Of a stretch of DNA of 64,000 nucleotides, positions 39,544 to 52,145 are shown one piece after another. The stretch lies in NCBI GenBank assembly GCA_964016885.1, contig OZ024744.1, forward strand, positions 103,168,001 through 103,232,000, read 5' to 3'. This DNA is from Eledone cirrhosa. Its lineage: Eukaryota. A program made the position numbers and the translations under genes. Under the pieces are notes generated by a model. It was not told the DNA's origin, ran no database searches, and saw nothing but the letters and a program-made list of their open reading frames with translations. Numbering within the stretch: the stretch's first letter is position 1; each line of letters opens with the position of its first letter.

Positions 39544-41708
39544 TGTATGTAGTTATGTATGTTCTTTTGGTTTTATAATTTCACACATTTTTACCAATAG
39601 AGAGAGAGTCGGTTTCTAACATAGACACAAGACTCTCATTGTAATTTAACAACAACAACAAAGTAGATTATGTATGCATGCATGCATGTGTAGATATGGA
39701 TGTTATTGTATGTGTGGATGTGGATGTTTTGAGTTGTATGTCTGCATATGTATATGCTTTGTATCTGTACATGTGTATATGCAGTTATTAGACGCGAAAT
39801 TTTTGGAAGTTTTACATATTTTTACTGTTCCATTAATGGATTGTACTTGTAATTTCCTAACTAGTTGTGTTCTTTCTGTTGCTGTGAAGCCCAGCTTCTC
39901 AAGATTTGTATTGAAGCAGTTACTAACATACCCTGTGCCCCAATAATAACAGGCATAAATCTGAGTAGTTATGTATGTATGTATGTGGGACTGGCTTTGT
40001 GCAGTGCCTTTTCCTCACTATAAAAGCTTCACGGCACAGGCATTGCTTTATATCTGGAGATCTCTCTGCACTTGTCGTCACATGGTACCATGGGCCCAGC
40101 ACCATGTGTCAATAATTGTCACAAGTGTAGTATTTGTACCAGAGCTTTCAAGTCGCTGGCTAGACTAAAAAGTCACACTCGTTCAGCGCATCGGTAGGGG
40201 TTCTCCTACATGGATATAAAGTAGTGGCCTTACTCGAAAAACGAGTTGGCAGCCACCATGTATGTATGTATGTCGGGTCACTCTTCAGTGTTACTTGTAA
40301 CATGTAACCCAGTACAACCTGTCGCATTGTCGGGTTGTCGGTGACTAAACCGGCAACCCCACCAAGTTTACTTGGTGAGGAGGGTGATTTTTGATCCGGG
40401 TGACAAGGTTGTAAAGAGAAAGAAATTGTCATTTCTTGTGTAAGCCTTCATCCTTTCAATCATGAGAACGTTTTACAAATTTTGAAGGTTTCAGATATCA
40501 TGGCAATTTGTAGATCATGAATTTAGGAGCCATGTTCTTTCTCTATAAATCCCAGTTGAGTTATACTTTGGTCCAGGTGGAATTGTATATAAACTGTAGC
40601 TCCAATTATTATATGGTTGAATTCGACCATGTATCTTGGATACAGACTAGTGTAAATGTCAACTGATTACCCTCTTCTTTGTTCAGTAAGTACTTGGTAG
40701 AGATTTCTTTTTCCTGGATTACATGGAGATATCCTTTAAGGTGAGATGTTATGAACCTGTTGGAACTCCATGTCAGGCTTTTGGTATTGTTTATGCCCTC
40801 TATGGTCTGTGCTTTTCATCTCAAGTATCCATGTACAATTTCTAAGTAAAGTGGTCTATTATTTAATTTGTTTTGAGTATTGAGTAGAGTTTTCTGGTTG
40901 ATATGGTTGCTGACCATTTACTTCTGTTGAAGATGTTGCTTCGTGTTACTATCCGGGTCTCTTAAGATGTTAATATGGATTTTAGGTCCACAAAACCCTC
41001 CATGTGTGAGAAATATTGCCTATCCACATCACCATTGATGTGAAAATTTCCATTAACAGTGAGCAACTTGTAAGTCCATACATCCATCTCCTCTAGTTCT
41101 TTGTACTATGGATATTGTCCTATACACATGTCATACGTAGTGGGATTTGACTAGGTACTGAATAGGAGAACAGGCATGAATGTATTTACTGCAATGAAAG
41201 AAGCTACTAAGCTGTGATAGTGGAGGAAGGCATGAATGAAGTTGAGAGATATAGTGAAGGCATTGATATCTACTAAGTGGACAGATTGATATATGTACAT
41301 CTTTCTACCTGTCAGTCTATCTATCTCATCATCATCATGGCTTGACATTGCAAATGAAGATTATGAAGCAGGTGGTCCACGTTGACTCTGAGATCACTCA
41401 TGGTTGTACAGACAAATGTGGGACAGGCAGGCACAGCTACAGTGGCTAGATCTATATATATCTTCTCAGGGTTTGATAAATTGGTATTGAGGTTTCCCCT
41501 TGTGTCTTTTGTCATTAAGAGTGGCCCTGTGGGTTTTTTAAAGGTGGAGAAAGCATGGTTGATGGGTAGGATTCCATTTGTCATGGTTCTTAGCTAGGGT
41601 GGACCACTGACGATGGTCCATGTGATTCTATATATATGTGATGGTGTAATAATAAAAGATAGGTTCTTCAATGTAACTTAATAAAGAAGGTTCTTGAATG
41701 TAACTTAC

Positions 41709-41765
41709 TGTTTTCAATTCTTGGTGGTTTGGTTGCCACTTGATCTCTGCCTGTAAACCATCCAC
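41709..41765 (-). CDS. 57-nt micro-exon, repeat copy 15
   Basis: Consensus sequence, splice sites intact. Confidence 0.72.
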
Positions 41766-44312
41766 CTAAATAAAGAAAATAATATCAATTCTACTTATAT
41801 AAACCTGTGATATTAACAGATAATGATGTGTGATGTCAGTGAAAGTTGGCTGCTATTTCTAGCATATTTAGTTACTAGGTATGTCTAGCATTGATTTCAA
41901 AGAGAATTGACTGCTATTTCTAGCATATTTAGTTACCTCATAGGTCTAGCATTGAGGTCTTCATATAGATTTTAGTATGAAACACATAAGGAAGATGTTT
42001 GTGTTGTAGATCACTCTCCTTCAAATTACACATTACCAACTTATGTATGTATGTATGTATGTATGTATGTATGTATGTATGTATGTATGTATGTATGTAT
42101 GTATGTATGTATGTATGTATGTATGTATGTATGTATGTAGTTATGTAGTTATGTATGTTCATTTGGTTTTATAATTTCACACATTTTTACCAATAGAGAG
42201 AGAGAGTCGGTTTCTAACATAAACACACGACTCTCATTGTAATTTAACAACATCAACAAAGTAGATTATGTATGCATGCATGCATGTGTAGATATGGATG
42301 TTATTGTATGTGTGGATGTGGATGTTTTGAGTTGTATGTCTGCATATGTATATGCTTTGTATCTGTACATGTGTATATGCAGTTATTAGACGCAAAATGT
42401 TTGGAAGTTTTACATATTTTTACTGTTCCATTAATGGATTGTACTTGTAATTTCCTAACTAGTTGTGTTCTTTCTGTTCCTGTGAAGCCCAGCTTCTCAA
42501 GATTTGTATTGAGGCAGTTACTAACATACTCCTGTGCCCCAATAATAACAGGCATAAATCTGAGTAGTTATGTATGTATGTATGTATGTGGGACTGGCTT
42601 TGTGCAATGCCTTTTCCTCACTATAAAAGCTTCACGGCACAGGCATTGCTTTATATCTGGAGATCTCTCTGCACTTGTCATCACATGGTACCACGGGCCC
42701 AGCACTATGAGTCAATAATTGTCACAAGTGTAGTATTTGTACCAGAGCTTTCAAGTCGCTGGCTGGACTAAAAAGTCACACTCGTTCAGCGCATCAGTAG
42801 GGGTTCTCCTACATGGATATAAAGTAGTGGCCGTACTCGAAAAACGAGTTGGCAGCTACCATGTATGTATGTCGGGTCACTCTTCAGTGTTACTTGTAAC
42901 ATGTAACCCAGTACAACCTGTCGCATTATCGGATTGTCGGTGACTAAACCAGCAACCCCTCCCAGTTTACTTGGTGAGGAGGGTGATTTTGGATCCGGGT
43001 GACAAGGTTGTAAAGAAAAAGAAATTGTCATTACTTGTGTAAGCCTTCATCCTTTCAATCATGAGAATGTTTTATAAATTTTGAAGGTTTCAGATATCAT
43101 GGCTATTTGTAGATCATGAATTTAGGAGCTGTGTTCTTTCTCCATAAATCCCAGTTCAATTATACTTTGGTCCAGGTGGAATTGTATATAAACTGTAGTT
43201 CCAATTATTATATGGTTGAATTTGACCATGTATCTTGGATACAGACTAGTGTAAATGTCAACTGATTACCCTCTTCTTTGTACAGTAAGTACTTGGTAGA
43301 GATTTCTTTTTCCTGGATTACATGGAGATATCCTTTAAGGTGAGAGGTTATGAACCTGTTGGAACTCCATGTCAGGCTTTTGGTATTGTTTCTGCCCTCT
43401 ATGGTCTGTGCTTTTCATCTCAAGTATCCATGTACAATTTCTAAGTAAAGTGGTCTATTATTTAATTTGTTTTGAGTATTGAGTAGAGTTTTCTGGTTGA
43501 GATGGTTGCTGACCATTTACTTTTGTTGAAGATGTTGCTTCGTGTTACTATCCGAGTCTCTTAAGATGTTAATATGGATTTTAGATCCACAAAACTCTCC
43601 ATGAGTGAGAAATATTGCCTATCCACATCACCATTCATGTGAAAATTTCCATTAACACTGAGCAACTTGTAAGTCCATACATCAATCTCCTCTAGTTCTT
43701 TGTACTATGGATATTGTCATATACACATGTCATACGTAGTGGGATTTGACTAGGTACTGAATAGGAGTACAGGCATGAATGTATTTACTGCAATGAAAGA
43801 AGCTACTAAGCTGTGATAGTGGAGGAAGGCATGAATGAAGTTGAGAGATATAGTGAAGGTATTGATATCTACTAAGTGGACAGATTGATATATGTACATC
43901 TTTCTACCTGTCAGTCTATCTATCTCATCATCATCATGGCTTGACATTGCAAATGAAGATTATGAAGCAGGTGGTCCACGCTGACTCTGAGATCACTCAT
44001 GGTTGTACAGACAAATGTGGGACAGGCAGGCACAGCTACAGCGGGTACATCTATATATATCTTCTCAGCGTTTGATAAATTGGTATTGAGGTTTTCCCTT
44101 GTGTCTTTTGTCCTTAAGGGTGGCCCAGTGGGTTTTTTAAAGGTGGAGAAAGCATGGTTGATGGGTAGGATTCCATTTGTCATGGTTCTTAGCTAGGGTG
44201 GACAACTGACGATGGTCCATGTGATTCTATATATATATGTGTGATGGTGTAATAATAAAAGATAGGTTCTTCAATGTAACTTAATAAAAGAAGGTTCTTG
44301 AATGTAACTTAC

Positions 44313-44369
44313 TGTTTTCAATTCTTGGTGGTTTGGTTGCCACTTGATCTCTGCCTGTAAACCATCCAC
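44313..44369 (-). CDS. 57-nt micro-exon, repeat copy 16
   Basis: Consensus sequence, splice sites intact. Confidence 0.72.
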
Positions 44370-46702
44370 CTAAATAAAGAAAATAATATCAAATCTACAT
44401 ATATAAACCTATGATGTTAACAGATAATGATGTGTGATGTCAGTGAAAGTTGGCTGCTATTTCTAGCATATTTAGTTACCTCATAGGTCTAGCATTGAGG
44501 TCTTCATATAGATTTTAGTATGAAACACATAAGGAAGATGTTTGTGTTGTAGATCACTCTCCTTCAAATTACACATTACCAACTTATGTATGTATGTATG
44601 TATATATGTATGTATGTATGTATGTATGTAGTTATGTATGTTCTTTTGGTTTTATAATTTTACACATTTTTACCAATAGAGAGAGAGTCGGTTTCTAACA
44701 TAGACACAAGACTCTCATTGTAATTTAACAACATCAACAAAGTAGATAATGTATGCATGCATGCATGTGTAGATATGGATGTTATTGTATGTGTGGATGT
44801 GGATGTTTTGAGTTGTATGTCTGCATGTGTATATGCTTTGTATCTGTACATGTGTATATGCAGTTACTAGACGCAAAATTTTTGGAAGTTTTACATATTT
44901 TTACTGTTCCATTAATGGATTGTACTTGTAATTTCCTAACTAGTTGTGTTCTTCCTGTTGCTGTGAAGCCCAGCTTCTCAAGATTTGTATTGAGGCAGTT
45001 ACTAACATACTCCTGTGCCCCAATAATAACAGGCATAAATCTGAGTAGTTATGTATGTATGTATGTGGGACTGGCTTTGTGCAGTGCCTTTTCCTCACTA
45101 TAAAAGCTTCACGGCACAGGCATTGCTTTATAGCTGGAGATCTCTCTGCACTTGTCATCACATGGTACCATGGGCCCTATGAGTCAATAATTGTCACAAG
45201 TGTAGTATTTGTACCAGAGCTTTCAAGTCGCTGGCTGGACTAAAAAGTCACACTCGTTCAGCGCATCGGTAGGGGTTCTCCTACATGGATATAAAGTAGT
45301 GGCCGTACTCGAAAAACGAGTTGGCAGCTACCATGTATGTATGTCGGGTCACTCTTCAGTGTTACTTGTAACATGTAACCCAGTACAACCTGTCGCGTTG
45401 TCGGATTGTCGGTGACTAAACCAGCAACCCCTCCAAGTTTACTTGGTGAGGAGGGTGATTTTGGATCTGGGTGACAAGGTTGTAAAGAAAAAGAAATTGT
45501 CATTTCTTGTGTAAGCCTTCATCATTTCAATCATGAGAATGTTTTACAAAATTTGAAGGTTTCAGATATCATGGATATTTCTAGATCATGAATTTAGGAG
45601 CTGTGTTCTTTCTCCATAAATCCCAGTTCAGTTATACTTTCGTCCAGGTGGAATTGTATATAAACTGTAGCTCCAATTATTATATGGTTGAATTCGACCA
45701 TGTATCTTGGATACAGACTAGTGTAAATGTCAACTGACTACCCTCTTTTTAGTACAGTAACTACTTGGTAAAGATTTCTTTTTCCTGGATTACATGGAGA
45801 TATCCTTTAAGGTGAGATGTTATGAATCTGTTGGAACTCCATGTCAGGCTTTTGGTATTGTTTATGCCCTCTATGGTCTGTGCTTTTCATCTCAAGTATC
45901 CATGTACAATTTCTTACTAAAGTGGTCTATTATTTAATTTGTTTTGAGTATTGAGTAGAGTTTTCTGGTTGAGATGGTTGCTGACCATTTTCTTCTGTTG
46001 AAGATGTTGCTTCGTGTTACGATCCGGGTCTCTTAAGATGTTGATATGGATTTTAGGTCCACAAAACTCTCCATGTGTGAGAAATATTGCCCATCCACAT
46101 CACCATTGATGTGAAAATTTCCATTAACACTGAGCAACTTGTAAGTCCATACATCAATCTCCTCTAGTTCTTTGTACTATGGATATTGTCCTATACACAT
46201 GTCATACGTAGTGGGATTTGACTAGGTACTGAATAGGAGTACAGGCATGAATGTATTTACTGCAATGAAAGAAGCTACTAAGCTGTGATAGTGGAGGAAG
46301 GCATGAATGAAGTTGAGAGATATAGTGAAGGCATTGATATCTACTAAGTGGACAGTTGATATATGTACATCTTTCTACCTGTCAGTCTATCTATCTCATC
46401 ATCATCATGGCTTGACATTGCAAATGAAGATTATGAAGCAGGTGGTCCACGTTGACTCTGAGATCACTCATGGTTGTACAGACAAATGTGGGACAGGCAG
46501 GCACAGCTATAGCGGCTACATCTATATATCTTCTCAGGGTTTGATAAATTGGTATTGAGGTTTCCCCTTGTGTCTTTTGTCCTTAAGGGTGGCCCTGTGG
46601 GTTTTTTAAAGGTGAGGAAAGCATGGTTGATGGGTGGGATTCCATTTGTCATGGTTCTTAGCTAGGGTGGACCACTGACGATGGTCCATGTGATTCTATA
46701 TA

Positions 46703-47990
46703 CGAGGGGGGATCAAAAAGTTTGTGGAATTTTATCGTAGCAAGAAAAAAAGCAGGTTAAAACAATATTAAACATCTCAGAACATTGTCACTGCTATTAG
46801 TCACCTGCAGTTAGTTATGCGCGGACTATTGTACAGTACTGACAGTCTTTACAAAACCTCTTTTTGGAACAATGGAAAATAGTTATTTTGAGATAAGATC
46901 CATATCAAGTTTCTGGTGAAACTCAAATGGAAAGGGACACAGATTATGGAGGCTTTAGTTAAAGTTTACGGTACTACTACTCCAAAGAAAACTGCTGTCT
47001 ACAAGTGGATTCAGCGATTCAAACAAGGGAGAAACGACCTTGAAGACGACCTTCGCAGTGGAAGACCAGGAACATCAAAAAATGACCAAAATGTTGAGGC
47101 TGCTCAGACTTTAATTGAAGAAGAACGAAGAATAACAGTTAATCAGTTAGCTAAAACCCTAGACATTTCATATGGTTTGGCAAATTCAATTCTGCACGAT
47201 AATTTAGAACTAAGCAAGCTTTCAACGCGATGGTTCCCAAAGTGTTGCGCCCTGATCAGCTGATTCTTCGAAGTGATCTGTCTTTGGTGATATTAAACAA
47301 AATTGAAGTTGATGAAGAGCATTTCCTGTCCAGAATCATCACCGGAGATGAAACCTGGATCTACCTGAATCCAAACAGCATTCAAAACAGTGGTTTTCAT
47401 GTGGATCATCGTGGGCCAATCAATTTCAAATCTCAAAAGTCAGATCAAAAAGTGATGGCCACCATTTTCTGGGATTCAGATGGGGGGATACTAATAGATT
47501 ATCTTGAAGGTCAAAGAACTGTGACAGGAGCTTACTATGCAAATGTTTTGAGGAAGCTGAAAGAGGCATTAGTCAAGAAACGAAAAGGGAAACTTCATGG
47601 TGGGATCTTGTTTCACCATGACAATGCACCAGCGCATTCTGCGTGGGTTGCAAAAGAAGTTCTTCGAGAATTTCGATGGGAAGTGCTTCCTCACCAGCCT
47701 TATAGTCCAGATTTAGCCCCATCAGACTTTCTCCTCTTTCCAAAACTCAAAGAAATGCTAAAAGGAACCCGTTTTAGTGGTGTTGAAGAAGCTAAAAACA
47801 CTGCCAACACATGGCTTCGAACAAGGTCTTCAACTTTCTTTAGAGACGGCTTACGAAGCTAGAAGCATAGCCTTGTGAAGTGTATTGACCTGGATGGCAA
47901 CTATGTAGAAAAATAAATTGAAGGTAAATCATATTTTTTGAAAAATAGATTATTTTCTGAAAAATTCCGCGAATTTGTTATCCCCCCTCG
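46703..47990 (+). mobile_element. Mariner (DD34D) transposon, second copy at the homologous TA site
   Basis: Same TIRs and flanks as 29084-30362. ITGDETW, HHDNAPAH, YSPDLAPSDF, with frameshifts and a stop. Confidence 0.95.
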
Positions 47991-48069
47991 TATATGTGTG
48001 ATGGTGTAATAATAAAAGAAAGGTTCTTAAATGTAACTTAATAAAAGAATGTTCTTGAATGTAACTTAC

Positions 48070-48126
48070 TGTTTTCAATTCTTGGTGGTTTGGTTGCCAC
48101 TTGATCTCTGCTTTTAAACCATCCAC
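48070..48126 (-). CDS. 57-nt micro-exon, repeat copy 17 (first in transcript order): (C)GWFKSRDQVATKPPRIEN
   Basis: Splice sites intact; two substitutions change TG to KS. Confidence 0.72.
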
Positions 48127-49158
48127 CTAAATAAAGAAAATAATATCAAATCTACTTATATAAACCTATGATATTAACAGATAATGATGTGTGATTTCAG
48201 GGAGAGTTGGCTGCTATTTCTAGCATATTTAGTTACCAGATAGGTCTAGCATTGACGTCTTCATATAGATTTTAGTATCATCATCATCATCCTCGTTTAA
48301 CGTCCTCTTTCCATGCTAGCATGGGTTAGACGGAAACACATATGAAACACATAAGGAAGATGTTTGTGTTGTAGATCACTCAGCTAGAAATAGTAACTAA
48401 ATCTCCTTCAAATTACACATTACCAATTTAAGTATGTATGTAGTTATGTATGTTCTTTTGGTTTATAATTTCACACATTTTTACCAATAGAAAGAGAGAG
48501 TCGGTTTCTGACATAGACACAAGACTCTCATTGTAATTTACACAACATCAACTAGGTAGATATGTATGTATGCATGTGTAGATATGGATGTTATTGTATG
48601 TGTGGATGTGGATGTTTTGAGTTGTATGTCTGCATATGTATATGCTTTGTATCTGTACATGTGTATATGTAGATATTAGATGCAACATTTTTGGAAGTTT
48701 TACATATCTTTACTGTTCCATTAATGGATTGTACTTGTAATTTCCTAACTAGTGTGTGTTCTTTCTGTTCCTGTGAAGCCCAGCTTCTCAAGATTTGTAT
48801 TGAGGCAGTTACTAACATACCCCAGTTCCCCAATAATCACAGGCATAAATCTGAGTAGTTATGTATGTATGTATGTATGTCGGGTCACTCTTGAGTGTTA
48901 CTGGTAACATGTAACCCAGTACAACCAGCCGGATTGTCGGTGATAAACCGGCAACCCCACCAAGTTTACTTGGTGAGGAGGGTGATTTTGGACACCCAGC
49001 AAGGACAAAAACAAAACCTTGACAAAGGGCGGAATAACTCATAAAAGTCAACAGCCATCCTAAAATGTGTAAATATGTATATGCATATATGCATGTGTAT
49101 ATATGTGTGTATGTATATGTATACATGTATATATATATATATGCATATGTATATATAT

Positions 49159-49514
49159 GCGTGGGAACATAGAAATAATTGGGCTGGATACCCGATCACA
49201 CAGTTAAACCACGGGGAGTAATGGACCCCTAGTCTTTGTCAGGGCATTCTTCTAGAAGAAGGCAACTCAGGAAACTGGTATAACACCCATATAAAACCTG
49301 TGGCTCAGCAGTTACTGATGATATTGATCTTTTTTTCTTTTTGGGTTATAGCTACTGTCGCTCAGAGACTGGGATTGGCTCAGTGCACAGTCTTTCCTCA
49401 CTTTAAAAAATATCTTCACGCACAGGCATTGCACAATAGAATTAATTAATAATGGTATATCGTACAATGGCCATACTCGATAACGAGGGGGCAGCCATCA
49501 TGTATGTATGTATG
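49159..49514 (+). mobile_element. Bipartite non-autonomous RTE derivative (duplicate of 34576-34927)
   Basis: Near-identical sequence and flanks. Confidence 0.85.
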
Positions 49515-49554
49515 TTCTTCGGGTTTTATAATTTTATAAATGTATGTACGTATG

Positions 49555-50525
49555 TACTTTCTCTTAATTTTAAATTTATTTTTGACTGGCCAACATCCTG
49601 GTGACAAGGTTATAAAGAAAAAGAAATTGTCATTACTTGTGTAAGCTTTCATCCTTTCAATCATGAGAATGTTTTATAAATTTTGAAGGTTTCAAATATC
49701 ATGGCCATTTGTAGATCATGAATTTAGGAGCTATGTTCTTTCCCCATAAATCCCAGTTCAATTATACTTTGGTCCAGGTGGAATTGTATATAAACTGTAG
49801 CTCCAATTATTATATGGTTGAATTCGACCATGTATCTTGGATACAGACTAGTGTAAATGTCAACTGATTACCCTCTTTTTAGTACAGTAAGTACTTGGTA
49901 GAGATTTCTTTTTCCTGGATTACATGGAGATATCCTTTAAGGTTAGATGTTATGAACCTGTTGGAACTCCATGTCAGGCTTTTGGTATTGTTTATGTCCT
50001 CTATGCTCTGTGCTTTTCATCTCAAGTATCCATGTACAATTTCTTAGTAAAGTGGTCTATTATTTAATTTGTTTTGAGTATTGAGTAGAGTTTTCTGGTT
50101 GAGATGGTTGCTGACCATTTTCTTCTGTTGAAGATGTTGCTTCAGTGTTACTATCCGGGTCTCTTATGATGTTAATATGGATTTTAGGCCCACAAAACTC
50201 TCCTTGTGTGAGAAATATTGGCTATCCACATCACCATTGATGTGAAAATATCCATTAACACTGAGTAACTTGTAAGTCCATACATCCATCTTCTCTAGTT
50301 CTTTGGTTTTAGAATGGGCACTGGAAAAATAATATAGGCAATGTGCTTGTTGTACACTGAGAGTTTTAATGACCATATTCTCTTTACTCTCCTGTGGTAT
50401 TTATTCCTGGTCCTCTACTTATATAATGCTCCATCATATCTGACATTCTGATCCTGTTTAAGATGCTTATAGTTATCATTTGAATATTAAGGTTGTATCA
50501 TCAAGCCATTCAGTTTAAGATTTTT
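49555..50525 (-). mobile_element. Longest copy of the degenerate R4/Dong family-A insertion (source of the unit fragment)
   Basis: Retains the 3'UTR next to TATG and extends into RT: LNGLMIQP..DNYKHLKQDQN..RRVKRIWSLKLSVYNKHIA..FPVPIL..KELEKMDVW. Confidence 0.8.
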
Positions 50526-50570
50526 AGAGGAGTGTGGCCAACATTTCCATATTTTATTATATGGAAATTC

Positions 50571-50754
50571 GGTGGTGAATTGGCAGTAACGGTAGAGGGT
50601 TGGATGCCATGCTTTCTAGCATAGTTACATCCCTTTAGAGTCTGAGTTCAAATCCCGCCGAGGTTAACTTTGCCTTTCATCCTTATGGGGTCGATAAAAT
50701 AAAGTACCAGTAATGTACTGGGTAAGTGCTGGCCTTGTGCCTGAAGTAGAAACA
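50571..50754 (+). mobile_element. tRNA-derived SINE with MetaSINE-like central domain
   Basis: B-box GAGTTCAAATCC; GCCTTTCATCCTTATGGGGTCGATAAAATAAAGTACCAG; direct repeat ATTATATGGAAATTCGG at 50556-50572 and 50755-50771 (TSD). Confidence 0.85.
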
Positions 50755-50789
50755 ATTATATGGAAATTCGGACTTACTATATCCCATTC

Positions 50790-52105
50790 CAATCACCATC
50801 AACAGTATCATTGTTCCATGCTAACATGGGTTATTTGAGTTGTCCCATTGTGAGGCAAATCAGGTCGGAGGACCGTATTTTAATCATACAGAACTGATTG
50901 ACTTGTTTTCTACAGCTGGATGCTCTTCCTAATGCCAACTACATTTACAGTGTCTACTAGGTAATTCATGTCATGACACCCACATGACCAATTTACAGTG
51001 TGGAATGGGCACTCATTGTTGTAGCACCAATAAGACCACTTTATAGTGTGGTTTGGGGACTTGGAAGGGGCAGATGCATGAGAAGGTAGATCTAATTGGT
51101 CACTCAGATAAAAGAAACTATCTACTACTTCTGCAGGGTCTTCTTGTATCCCATGAGCTCTTGCTACTTCACCTGTGCTTCAGCCTCATGTAAAACCAAC
51201 ATTCTTTGATAGCCTGCCTGAGATCACACTATATCTGTGTACCCATAGTTTGCATTTGAGACATAGGATGGTATTTCTACCTACTCCTTTTCTGCACACT
51301 GGAAAGGGCCATTTCCCTGAGAGAATCTGGGTCCTGTTTTCTTTTCTACGTACTAAGACTTGAAGATATTTTGATTTTAGGCCATGCTTCCAGGTTTGGA
51401 ATGTCTTCTGTAATTCAGCCATACATTCACCTATAAGGATTAGGTCATCTGCATACAGGAGTTCTCATGGGCAGCCAGTCTTAAACTCGTCTTTTATAGA
51501 CTGCAGGATCATAATAAATAGGAGATGGCTAACAACTGAGTCCTGATGGACACCAACCTGCATGCTAGATACTTCGCTATAGTCATTGTTAGTTCTGCCC
51601 TTGCTGACTGTTTCTCTATACATGGCTTGTACTGCGCTCACAAACCACTCATCTACTCATAGTTTTCTAAGAGCCCACCTGATAATGGAACAGGGAACTC
51701 TGGCAAAAATTTCTCAAGGTCCGCAAAAGCCAAGGGATTTACATTTAGTTAGGTACTTTTCCTGCAGTTGCCTTACAAGGAAGAGGATTTTTGTGGTACT
51801 TTTCTCTGGCATAAATCAAACTGCATCCCAACTAGCTTAACTTGTTTTCTAATCAGTTGTGCTATAACTCTTTCCGTGACCTTCCAACCAACTTAGTGCC
51901 ACTATAGTTTTCTCTAGAGCACGTTCTTTGCCCTTTTATCAGTTGACAATGATGATGCTACACCAGTCATTATTTGGTCTACAATAGAAGTGACTAGGGT
52001 TTGACCCACCATTCAGAATACTTTCTGCATCTTGGTAACTATGTCTGAAAGTTCAGCTGCCTTGCTAGCCTTCATATCCTTGATAGTCTTACTATATTAC
52101 TGTTG
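50790..52105 (-). mobile_element. Old degenerate RTE LINE related to the 31528 element
   Basis: GCPWELLYADD-like region, KWPFPVCRKGVGRNTILCLKCKLWVH, and a 3'UTR resembling 34390-34530. Confidence 0.85.
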
Positions 52106-52145
52106 ACTTGTACAACCTTGTACAACTTGTACAACTTGTACAACC

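Larger units (their letters stand above)
1..50304. repeat. ~2.5-kb tandem macrosatellite (17 exon-bearing copies in window, continues past left edge), interrupted by TE insertions
   Basis: The same ordered sequence recurs with spacing of 2467-2604 bp between uninterrupted copies (exon anchors 521, 3059, 5575, 8099, 10655, 13188, 15700, 18296, 20763, 23317, 25835; then 30442, 36327, 39230, 41709, 44313, 48070). Homology to the unit ends at GTTCTTTG ~50304. Confidence 0.97.

Noticed and set aside
1015-45503. Recurrent Cys-rich ORFs (MHACMCRYGCYCMCGCGC...) resembling metallothionein or toxin genes
   Set aside because: They are antisense to the R4 family-B 3'UTR/ORF and TG-rich simple sequence, and are frameshifted differently in different units.
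50772-50830. Additional minus-strand GTAAGT donor as a possible extra exon
   Set aside because: No convincing acceptor or pyrimidine tract, and the adjacent sequence is an RTE 3'UTR remnant.
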